DNA from: Vibrio cholerae ATCC 14035 | GTDB taxonomy: Bacteria > Pseudomonadota > Gammaproteobacteria > Enterobacterales > Vibrionaceae | DNA: 32,000 nucleotides | NCBI RefSeq assembly: GCF_000621645.1 | Contig: NZ_JHXR01000001.1 | Span: 180,001-212,000, forward strand | Reading direction: 5' to 3' | Part shown: positions 19,141 to 29,614 of the stretch, one piece after another | Layout of the letters: every line of letters starts with the position of its first letter | Position numbering within the stretch: the first letter of the stretch is position 1 | Notes under the pieces: model-generated | Told to the model about the DNA's origin: nothing | Databases searched by the model: none | Seen by the model: the letters and a program-made list of their open reading frames with translations, nothing else | Translations under genes and position numbers: made by a program

Positions 19141-19692
19141 TTATTGCGATAGTTTACGCTGCAAGAAGCAATGCCCAGCAGCAAGCAACAAACCGCCGAC
19201 TAAACCGGCCAAATGGGCTTCCGTCGCTACTCGTGCGCCAATCAGCTCTGCGGTGCTAGCGGATGCGCCAAACCACTGCTCCCATGCGACTTTTCCGATA
19301 ACGCCAAGCACTAACAGCCAACTGCTGCGTCGTCCATTCAGTGCTTCATTCAGCGCGTAGTAAGCAAACAGACCATGCAAGGTGCCGGAGAGCCCAACAT
19401 AAGACTGCATGTCGGAGGCGAGAATCATCACTCCCACCGCAAGGCTGATCAGTAGCAGAGGGATCAGAAGCTGACGAGCCGTGGGTTTAAACACAAAGCT
19501 GATGATCCATAATGCGGCAAGGTTCATCGCCCAGTGGGCAAAGTTGGTGTGTGCGAAGTTTCCTGTTAGGATGCGCCACCATTGACCTTGTTCTATGGCG
19601 CTGAAGTGCCACAGAGTCAGCTCATGCAGTGGTGGCCACTGCAGACTTAAACTCAACAGGCTTATTGCCAATAACAGCAGGTAAAGATTCAC
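19141..19692 (-). CDS. rrtA: Rhombosortase (rhomboid-family intramembrane serine protease for GlyGly-CTERM proteins)
   Basis: It has the WWRILTGNFAHTNFAHWAMN block, the GLSG catalytic Ser motif and a distal His in EAHLAG, with about 6 TM segments. The start is uncertain. GTG (complement of 19690-19692) gives MNLYLLLLAISLL, which begins directly at TM1 as I expect for the family. The ORF-track ATG at 19809 would add 39 aa and overlap the DTW gene. Confidence 0.8.
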   Translation of the reverse strand: MNLYLLLLAISLLSLSLQWPPLHELTLWHFSAIEQGQWWRILTGNFAHTNFAHWAMNLAALWIISFVFKPTARQLLIPLLLISLAVGVMILASDMQSYVGLSGTLHGLFAYYALNEALNGRRSSWLLVLGVIGKVAWEQWFGASASTAELIGARVATEAHLAGLVGGLLLAAGHCFLQRKLSQ

Positions 19693-19695
19693 GTC

Positions 19696-20298
19696 ATGTC
19701 CCGTTATTGTTCCGAGTGTGGTAAAGCGCGTAAAGCGTGCTTGTGTCCGTCCATTGTCGCGCTGGAAAGTGCGGTTGAGCTTATCATTCTTCAGCACCCA
19801 ACGGAACAAAAGCGCCCACTCGGTACCGCGCGCATTCTCAGCTTGTCATTGGCCAATTGTCGGCTATTGGTGGGCGAAGATTTTCGTGAGCATGACGAGT
19901 TAAACCAACTGCTGGCAGAGCCGGATGTGGACTACTATGTGCTTTATCCGAATGAACACGCGCAAGAGTGCACAAAGATAAGCCTCACGACAGCGCGCAA
20001 AACGCGGGTGATTTTGCTCGATGGGACGTGGAAAAAAGCCTACAAGATGTGGCAAATCAACACTCAACTGCATGACTTACCGAGCCTACATTTGCCGGAC
20101 GAGTGTGTTGGGCATTACCGAATTCGTAAAGCGCCGGATGATACCGCGCTCTCCACAGTGGAGGCGGGTTATCATCTGCTCCAGCAGTGGCAACCTGAGC
20201 GTGACTTCTCGCCACTGCTCAAGGTGTTTGATGCCATGATTCAATATCAGATCGATCAGATGCCGGAAGGCGTTTTCGAGCGAAATTACCGTCAGTAA
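19696..20298 (+). CDS. DTW-domain protein (tRNA-uridine aminocarboxypropyltransferase family, TapT/YfiP-like)
   Basis: 200-aa ORF. It has an N-terminal Cys cluster CSECGKARKACLC and a DGTW motif (LLDGTWKKAYKM). No obvious SD. Confidence 0.85.
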   Translation: MSRYCSECGKARKACLCPSIVALESAVELIILQHPTEQKRPLGTARILSLSLANCRLLVGEDFREHDELNQLLAEPDVDYYVLYPNEHAQECTKISLTTARKTRVILLDGTWKKAYKMWQINTQLHDLPSLHLPDECVGHYRIRKAPDDTALSTVEAGYHLLQQWQPERDFSPLLKVFDAMIQYQIDQMPEGVFERNYRQ

Positions 20299-21617
20299 TG
20301 ACTCTGCGCTGAGAAGAGCTGCTGATGCAGTCGCTGCGCGTAAGCATCGGTCATCGCGGCAATGTAATCGCAGATCACGCGCATGCCTTCGTCTTGTTCT
20401 TGGGCTTTACGCCACTTTTCGCCGGTGGCTTGTGGCAGTAGACGTTCTGGGTCAGCACTTAACGCTTCAAACAAATCCATGATCAGTTGCTGGCCTTTGT
20501 ATTCAAAGCGCTGTACCTGCGGAATTTGAATCACGTATTGGCTCACAAAGTGTTTGAGCACTTCAAGCGCATTGCCCATGTGCGGCTCGATATAAGCATT
20601 GAACGCCAACAGTTCATTATGAAATGGCGCTTCAACTGGCTTCACGCTGATACTGGTTAAAAGGGCATTTACAATGCCGCCAATCGCATCTTTGCGCACA
20701 TAGTGTTTACCAGAAAACAGCATCTCACTGAGCTCGGCAATATGTTCTTCAAACCAAGGATCGCCGCACTCGGCAAGCTGCGCCGCTGCGGCTTCTTGCC
20801 ACTGCGCGCGGGTTACCATACCCAGCACAATCGCATCTTCCAGATCATGCACGCCGTAAGCGATGTCATCCGCCAGTTCCATGATCGAGCAATCGAGCGA
20901 TTTAAAGCGAGTTTTACGGTGCTCTTTGGGGGAGCTTGGTTCTGCGCGCATTTGTCCCAACAATTCACGATCACTTTCACACAGCGGCTCCAGCACCCAG
21001 TCCAAGCTCGCGAGATCACAATCGTAGATGCCTTTTGCAGGCGACCAATCTTTAGCTTTCAGTTGGCGTTGGTGGGCGACCGCTGGCGGTGGTATTGCAG
21101 CGCGCGTGGCACTCAGCAGCGCAGGGTATTTCAAAAGCCCGAGTAGCGTGCGGCGCGACAGGTTCATGCCGTGATGCTCAGTGTAAGGCTCTAAGCTGGT
21201 GACGATCCGAAAAGTCTGCGCATTGCCTTCAAAGCCACCGTGATCGCGCATCATATAATTGAGCGCAATTTCACCGCCATGCCCGTAAGGGGGATGACCA
21301 ATATCGTGCGCAAGGCAGAGTGAATCAATTAGGCTATCAGAAGGTAATAGCTCACGAAACTCCGGTTGTTTGAGTTTAATTTGCGCGACGATGCCGGTAC
21401 CGATTTGCGCTGCTTCCAGTGAATGGGTGAGGCGAGTGCGATGAAAGTCATTCAAGCTTGTTCCGTGGACTTGGGTTTTGGCTTGCAAGCGCCGAAAAGC
21501 CGCCGAATGGAGGATACGCGCGCGATCGCGCTGAAATGGGCTGCGATGATCGTTGCGGCGAATTTTGTGCTCATCGTTGTTACGAGCTAACCACTCAGGG
21601 TTTAGGGATACTTGCAT
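20292..21617 (-). CDS. dgt: dGTPase-like deoxynucleoside triphosphate triphosphohydrolase (HD domain)
   Basis: 441-aa ORF with an AAGGAG SD. It has FQRDRARILHSAAFRRL, the HD motif HDIGHPPYGHGGE and a C-terminal DYIAAMTD. It is the short 'Dgt-like' form rather than the 505-aa E. coli Dgt. Confidence 0.9.
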   Translation of the reverse strand: MQVSLNPEWLARNNDEHKIRRNDHRSPFQRDRARILHSAAFRRLQAKTQVHGTSLNDFHRTRLTHSLEAAQIGTGIVAQIKLKQPEFRELLPSDSLIDSLCLAHDIGHPPYGHGGEIALNYMMRDHGGFEGNAQTFRIVTSLEPYTEHHGMNLSRRTLLGLLKYPALLSATRAAIPPPAVAHQRQLKAKDWSPAKGIYDCDLASLDWVLEPLCESDRELLGQMRAEPSSPKEHRKTRFKSLDCSIMELADDIAYGVHDLEDAIVLGMVTRAQWQEAAAAQLAECGDPWFEEHIAELSEMLFSGKHYVRKDAIGGIVNALLTSISVKPVEAPFHNELLAFNAYIEPHMGNALEVLKHFVSQYVIQIPQVQRFEYKGQQLIMDLFEALSADPERLLPQATGEKWRKAQEQDEGMRVICDYIAAMTDAYAQRLHQQLFSAQSHY

Positions 21618-21673
21618 CGCGTTACTCCTTGCACAGTTTTGTTTTAACTTACAATGTCTTAAGTTATAGCGAC

Positions 21674-22258
21674 TTAGCTGATTTCGTCCAGTGTTAATTC
21701 AAAACTCGGGGCAAAGGTTTGTAGAAAATACGCCATCTCCTCACTGTGCCGTTCACGCAACGTCACATCGAGGCGTTTTTTCGCTTGAGCGTATTCGTGG
21801 TTACCTGCGCTGAGCTCTTCCAAACATTTCAAATACGCGCAAATCGCATCGGCTTGCTTAACGATGGCGCTTTCATCGGGATCGGCCGTATTGGAGATAA
21901 GAAACGGGCGAAAATCGTCGCGCAGTTCTTCTGGGAGCATATCCAATAAACGCCGCTCGGCCGCCGCTTCGATTTTTTTGTACTCTTTAGCGATCTCGGG
22001 ATTGAAATACTTGATGGGCGTTGGCAAATCACCGGTCAGCACTTCACTGGTATCGTGATACATGGCAAGCAGCGCAATGCGCTCAGGGTTGAGCGTTCCA
22101 CCAAATTTTTTGTTTTTGATCACCGCCAGTGCATGAGCGACAAAGGCGACTTGCAGGCTGTGCTCAGAAATATTTTCACTGGAGATGGAACGCATTAATG
22201 GCCAGCGCTGAATCAGTTTCATGCGCGCGAGGTGGGCGAAAAAATGGCTCTCTTGCAT
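21674..22258 (-). CDS. yfbR: 5'-deoxynucleotidase YfbR (HD domain)
   Basis: The ORF-track entry extends to 22375. I place the start at [23 protein letters not shown] (complement of 22256-22258) after an AAGGAAGTGAGAG SD. The N-terminus is near-identical to that of remembered E. coli YfbR. Confidence 0.92.
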   Translation of the reverse strand: MQESHFFAHLARMKLIQRWPLMRSISSENISEHSLQVAFVAHALAVIKNKKFGGTLNPERIALLAMYHDTSEVLTGDLPTPIKYFNPEIAKEYKKIEAAAERRLLDMLPEELRDDFRPFLISNTADPDESAIVKQADAICAYLKCLEELSAGNHEYAQAKKRLDVTLRERHSEEMAYFLQTFAPSFELTLDEIS

Positions 22259-22321
22259 AGCACTCTCACTTCCTTGCTGATGGATTGGCTTTTCAACGGC
22301 CGATGACGCTGAAAAGAAGAT

Positions 22322-22361
22322 AAAAAAACAGGCTCTCTTCAGTGTACCGAAAGAGAGCCTG
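22322..22361 (-). terminator. Rho-independent terminator of alaA
   Basis: Minus strand reads caggctctctt-tcggtacactg-aagagagcctg followed by TTTTTTTA. Confidence 0.8.
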
Positions 22362-22377
22362 CTTCGCCTACCCACGA

Positions 22378-22402
22378 CAGCAAGTCATTTTGCGACTTGC
22401 TG
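22378..22402 (-). other. 9-bp hairpin in the alaA 3' UTR, upstream of the terminator
   Basis: cagcaagtc-(7-nt loop)-gacttgctg, 8 nt after the alaA stop. No U-tail. Confidence 0.4.
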
Positions 22403-22410
22403 CCAATCTA

Positions 22411-23625
22411 TTATTGGCTGTAAGTCGTGATAAAGCGTTCAAAGCGACTGATGGCGATTTCCAGATCTTCCACATGAGGCAGAGTCACAATGCGGAAGTG
22501 ATCCGGTTTTGGCCAGTTAAAGCCGCTGCCTTGTACTAGCAGCACTTTTTCTTGCACTAGGAAATCAAGCACCATTTTCTGGTCATCTTTGATCGGATAC
22601 ATTTTGGTATCAATTTTCGGGAACAGGTACATCGCGCCTTTTGGCTTCACGCAAGAAATCCCCGGGATCTGGTTAATCAGCTCCCATGCGCGATCACGCT
22701 GTTCCAGCAGTCGGCCGCCCGGCAAAATCAGCTCATTGATACTTTGATAGCCGCCGAGTGCGGTTTGAATGGCATGTTGCATTGGCACGTTGGCACACAA
22801 GCGCATCGAGGCCAGCATATCGAGCCCTGCAATATAGCCTTGTGCTTGCTGTTTGGGGCCAGTCAGGAACATCCAGCCACCACGGAAACCACAAACACGG
22901 TAAGCTTTGGATAAGCCGTTGAAGGTGACGACTAATACATCATCCGCTAAGGTGGCGATTGAGGTATGCACCGCGCCGTCGTACAGCACTTTGTCGTAAA
23001 TCTCATCGGCGAAAATCATCAGCTTGTGCTTGCGAGCAATCTCGATGATTTCCAGCAAGAAATCACGACTGTAAACCGCACCGGTTGGGTTATTGGGGTT
23101 GATCAGCACAATGCCACGGGTTTTCGGGGTGATTTTGCTGCGAATATCGTCGAGGTCAGGATACCAATCGGCTTCTTCATCACAGATGTAGTGCACGGCT
23201 TTGCCGCCAGAAAGTGCTACCGCGGCTGTCCACAGTGGGTAATCAGGGGCAGGTACCAGCATTTCATCGCCATTGTTGAGCAGGGCTTGCATCGCCATCA
23301 CGATAAGCTCTGATGCACCGTTGCCGATGTACACATCTTCGACGTCCAGACTGCGGATACCTTTTTTCTGGTAGTACTGCACCACCGCTTTACGAGCGGA
23401 ATAAATGCCTTTCGAGTCACAGTAACCTTGTGAAGTAGGTAGGTTACGGATCACATCGACTAGGATCTCGTCTGGGGCGTCGAAACCAAACGGGGCAGGG
23501 TTACCGATGTTAAGCTTCAGTATTTTATGCCCTTCTTCTTCCATGCGTTTAGCATGTTTAAGCACTGGTCCTCGAATGTCATAGCAGACATTATCGAGTT
23601 TTGACGACATCCCGATATTTTGCAT
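22411..23625 (-). CDS. alaA: Glutamate-pyruvate aminotransferase AlaA (YfbQ)
   Basis: 404-aa ORF. SSKLDNVCYDIRGPVLKHAKRMEEEGHKILKLNIGNPAPFGFDAPDEILVDVIRNLPTSQGYCDSKG is almost colinear with remembered E. coli AlaA. It has a PLP Lys region (NGLSKAYR) and an AGGAA SD. Confidence 0.93.
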   Translation of the reverse strand: MQNIGMSSKLDNVCYDIRGPVLKHAKRMEEEGHKILKLNIGNPAPFGFDAPDEILVDVIRNLPTSQGYCDSKGIYSARKAVVQYYQKKGIRSLDVEDVYIGNGASELIVMAMQALLNNGDEMLVPAPDYPLWTAAVALSGGKAVHYICDEEADWYPDLDDIRSKITPKTRGIVLINPNNPTGAVYSRDFLLEIIEIARKHKLMIFADEIYDKVLYDGAVHTSIATLADDVLVVTFNGLSKAYRVCGFRGGWMFLTGPKQQAQGYIAGLDMLASMRLCANVPMQHAIQTALGGYQSINELILPGGRLLEQRDRAWELINQIPGISCVKPKGAMYLFPKIDTKMYPIKDDQKMVLDFLVQEKVLLVQGSGFNWPKPDHFRIVTLPHVEDLEIAISRFERFITTYSQ

Positions 23626-23771
23626 TGTAATATTCCTGAAAATAATCTGTTTTCTTGATCAAACTACACTAACTTGCCATTTTTTAGAATAAAAATCTAA
23701 GACAACCTGGTTTTAAAATCAGAAGACATGTTGCCTCGATCACTTGCCGAAGTAAAAGATACCCCATAACC

Positions 23772-23800
23772 TTGATTTCATAAGGCTCTCTCAATAGAGT
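23772..23800 (+). promoter_or_regulatory. Candidate sigma70 promoter for the men operon (-35 TTGATT, 17-nt spacer, -10 TAGAGT)
   Basis: TTGATT at 23772-23777 and TAGAGT at 23795-23800, about 40 nt upstream of the menF start. Confidence 0.3.
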
Positions 23801-23839
23801 AGCCGCAGTTTACCGAATCTCTCCCCGTACGAGGTCGCT

Positions 23840-25143
23840 TTGTTGCATTTTTATCAGGCCGTTGCTCAATTGATGGAGCACATCCGTGGCGCGAAGGCTC
23901 ATGATGTTCGTTTTACTCAGCCGTTGGCCGATAAGCCTCCCTTTGCGCTGATTGACTGGCTTGATGCCCAACCGATTTTCCCCAAATTTTACTGGCAATC
24001 GCGTGATACTCGTGAAGAAGTGGTCGCGCTCGGTCAGGTGTACACGTTTACCGATCCTGCTCCGGCGTATGCGATTTTAGGCGATGAGCAGCGAGTATGG
24101 GGTGGACGCTCCTTTGATGGGCATACCGCCAAAAATCCGCGTTGTATGTCTTCCTTCTTCTTTCTACCACAGATTGAACTGATTCGACGGGATGAACAGT
24201 GGTTACTCGCGGTCAATATCAACAATGAGCCGCAGCGCACGCTGACCGCACTGCAAAAACTGCTGGTGGAAGTGCCCACTTTGCGTTCGATGACAGCGCA
24301 CGTCACTCGTGTCGAACACACGCCAACGGCGGCTAACTGGCATGATTTGGTGGAAAAAGTGCTGGCGGGGATCACCGAAAAACAGTTTAAAAAAGTGGTG
24401 TTAGCGCGTAAAACAACGCTGACATTGGATGCACCGCTCAGTGCGGCGCAACTGCTCAAAGCTAGCCATGCCCAAAATCACCACAGCTTTCACTTTCTTT
24501 TGGCTCTCGATTCTCGCCACAGCTTTATGGGGTCAACCCCAGAGCGGCTCTACCTACGCCATGGGCAGAATCTGGAAACCGAAGCTTTAGCGGGCACGAT
24601 TGGTCGGGGAGCTAATGCGACGCAAGATATGGAACTGGCTCACTGGCTGACGCATGACAGTAAAAACCTCAATGAAAATCAGTTGGTGGTAGAGGACATC
24701 ATCGAAAGCCTCGCGCCGCACGCCGAGCAGATCCATACCCAGCGAGAAGCGCAGCTGGTGCGATTGCGTAAAGTGCAGCATCTGAAAAAACGCATTGATG
24801 CGCAGCTTAAATCTGGGGTCAATGGCGTGCAGTTACTGGGCGTATTACAACCTACCGCCGCGGTTGCGGGTTTACCTCGTCAAGCGGCACTGGCTTTCAT
24901 CGCGGAAAATGAGCCTTTTGCACGCGGCTGGTACGCAGGCTCCATGGGTTACTTTAGCCATGCGCAAGCCGAGTTTTGTGTGGCGATCCGCAGTGCTTTA
25001 GTGGTGGATAAACAAGTTCAGCTCTATGCAGGCGCTGGCATTGTGCCGGGCTCGATTGCTGAGCATGAATGGCAGGAGCTGGATAAAAAGCTCTCTACCT
25101 TATTGAGCTTGATAACCGACCGCTTACCGCTGGGAGTGGCATC

Positions 25144-25147
<4 letters not shown>
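23840..25147 (+). CDS. menF: Isochorismate synthase (menaquinone-specific)
   Basis: TTG start, with GAGG 5 nt upstream. It has chorismate-binding motifs (GSTPERL, LQPTAAVAGLP, WYAGSMGY). Colinear with remembered E. coli MenF and first gene of the menFDHBCE order. Confidence 0.9.
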
Positions 25148-27637
<2,490 letters not shown>

Positions 27638-27649
27638 GTGATAACGACA

Positions 27650-28528
27650 ATGGGAACCACCATGGCTAAAACTACAGGCATTTCTGAGCAAGAACTCTAC
27701 GCACCAGTGATTTGGCAAGACTGCACCGGTGACTATCAAGATATCCACTACCACAAATCCGACGATGGGATTGCCAAAATCACCATCGCCAGACCACAAG
27801 TACGCAATGCGTTTCGTCCATTGACCGTCAAAGAGATGATCCATGCACTGGCGGATGCGCGTTATGACGACAAAGTGGGTGTGATTATCCTGACCGGTTT
27901 AGGTGAAGATGCCTTCTGCTCCGGTGGCGATCAGAAAATTCGTGGTGACTACGGCGGTTACCGCGATGATTCCGGTACTCACCACCTGAACGTGCTCGAT
28001 TTCCAACGCCAGATCCGTACTTGTCCAAAGCCAGTGATTGCGGCTGTGGCTGGTTGGGCGGTGGGCGGCGGTCATGTACTGCACATGATGTGTGACCTGA
28101 CCATCGCAGCAGAAAATGCACAATTTGGTCAAACGGGCCCGAAAGTCGGCTCATTCGATGGCGGCTGGGGAGCTTCTTACATGGCGCGTATTGTCGGCCA
28201 GAAGAAAGCGCGCGAAATTTGGTTCCTATGCCGCTTCTACAATGCCCAAGAAGCCTTGGACATGGGGCTGGTGAACACGGTTGTGCCAGTGGAAGAGCTG
28301 GAAAGAGAAACCGTGCGCTGGTGTCGTGAAGTGCTGCAACACAGCCCAATGGCGATTCGCTGCTTGAAAGCGGCACTGAATGCGGACTGTGATGGTCAAG
28401 CAGGACTGCAAGAGCTGGCTGGCAACGCGACCATGCTGTTCTACATGACTGAAGAAGGTCAGGAAGGCCGTAACGCGTTTAATGAAAAACGCCGCCCGGA
28501 CTTCAACAAGTTCCCGCGTAACCCATAA
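27650..28528 (+). CDS. menB: 1,4-dihydroxy-2-naphthoyl-CoA synthase
   Basis: Very high colinearity with remembered E. coli MenB from LYAPV onwards ([17 protein letters not shown] ... FCSGGDQK ... [16 protein letters not shown]). The start is ambiguous: GTG 27638, ATG 27650 or ATG 27662. I chose 27650 for its GAGTGAT SD-like sequence. Confidence 0.93.
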   Translation: MGTTMAKTTGISEQELYAPVIWQDCTGDYQDIHYHKSDDGIAKITIARPQVRNAFRPLTVKEMIHALADARYDDKVGVIILTGLGEDAFCSGGDQKIRGDYGGYRDDSGTHHLNVLDFQRQIRTCPKPVIAAVAGWAVGGGHVLHMMCDLTIAAENAQFGQTGPKVGSFDGGWGASYMARIVGQKKAREIWFLCRFYNAQEALDMGLVNTVVPVEELERETVRWCREVLQHSPMAIRCLKAALNADCDGQAGLQELAGNATMLFYMTEEGQEGRNAFNEKRRPDFNKFPRNP

Positions 28529-28536
28529 TTCTTCTC

Positions 28537-28566
28537 AGAGCGGCGTCCTGCCGCTCTTTCTCTTTG
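28537..28566 (+). terminator. Terminator-like hairpin inside the men cluster, between menB and menC
   Basis: agagcggc-gtcct-gccgctct followed by ttctctttg. It starts 9 nt after the menB stop. Confidence 0.5.
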
Positions 28567-28615
28567 AGCATAAACCCCGTTTATGTGGATGTATTGGATA
28601 TAGGAAGAGATCAGC

Positions 28616-29614
28616 ATGCGTCATGCAACCCTCTATCGCTACCAACTGCCGATGGATAGCGGTGTCATCCTTCGCAATGAGAAACTGACTCAGCGTGAAG
28701 GCTTTATTGTCGAACTGACCGAAAACGGCCGTACTGCACGCGGCGAGATTGCTCCACTGCCCGGCTTTAGCCGCGAAACGCTGGAAGAAGCGGGCGTACA
28801 AGCACAAGCGCTGCTTGAGCTTTGGGTCAATAGTCAGGTTATCGATTGGGATGCACAGCATCCTTCGGTGGCTTTTGGTATTTCGATGGCGCACTACGAG
28901 CTAGAACAAGCGTTGCCCGCGCAAGGCAACTACTATGTTGCGCCGCTGTGTACGGGCGATCCTGATGAGCTGCTGCCGGTGTTGAACAACTTACCGGGGC
29001 AGAAAGTCGCTAAAGTTAAAGTTGGACTGTATGAACCGATCCGTGATGGCATGCTCGTCAATCTGTTCTTGGAATCGATGCCGGATTTAACGCTGCGTTT
29101 GGATGCCAACCGCGCGTGGACTCCTGCCAAAGCGCTCAAGTTTGCTCAATACGTCGCGCCGTCTTTACGCAGCCGTATCGCCTTTCTGGAAGAGCCGTGC
29201 CAGTCGCCAAGCGAAAGCATCGCATTTTCGATTGATACAGGGATTGCGATTGCGTGGGACGAAACCTTACAAGAAGCGGTTCGCGATGCGGATTTTGCTT
29301 TAGAGAATCTGTTAGGTGTCAAAACCATTGTCATCAAACCAACCCTAATTGGCTCGGTGTATCGTGTAGAGGCTTTGATCGAGAAAGCCAAAGCACTTGG
29401 GCTACAAGCTGTGATCAGCTCTAGCTTAGAGTCGAGCTTGGGCTTGAACCAGTTAGCACGTTTAGCGCATAAACTGCTGCCTAATGAAGTACCGGGACTG
29501 GATACGATGGGATTATTCCGAACTCAGCTCGAAACGCCTTGGCCAAATAGCTCACTGCCTGTGGTTGCCCTGCAAGAGCAGTCAATCGTATGGCGCTCGG
29601 AATCTTCCCTGTGA
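28616..29614 (+). CDS. menC: o-Succinylbenzoate synthase (enolase superfamily)
   Basis: 332-aa ORF. The N-terminus YRYQLPMDSGVILR and the blocks KVKVGLYE, LRLDANRAW, IAFLEEPC, IAWDE and VIKPTL are colinear with remembered E. coli MenC. Confidence 0.93.
   Translation: MRHATLYRYQLPMDSGVILRNEKLTQREGFIVELTENGRTARGEIAPLPGFSRETLEEAGVQAQALLELWVNSQVIDWDAQHPSVAFGISMAHYELEQALPAQGNYYVAPLCTGDPDELLPVLNNLPGQKVAKVKVGLYEPIRDGMLVNLFLESMPDLTLRLDANRAWTPAKALKFAQYVAPSLRSRIAFLEEPCQSPSESIAFSIDTGIAIAWDETLQEAVRDADFALENLLGVKTIVIKPTLIGSVYRVEALIEKAKALGLQAVISSSLESSLGLNQLARLAHKLLPNEVPGLDTMGLFRTQLETPWPNSSLPVVALQEQSIVWRSESSL

Noticed and set aside
20703-21146. 147-aa plus-strand ORF antisense to the dgt-like gene; likewise 24034-24459 (antisense to menF), 27885-28376 (antisense to menB), 26235-26585 and 28535-28894
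   Set aside because: These are shadow ORFs opposite well-supported genes, with no start context and no recognisable motifs.
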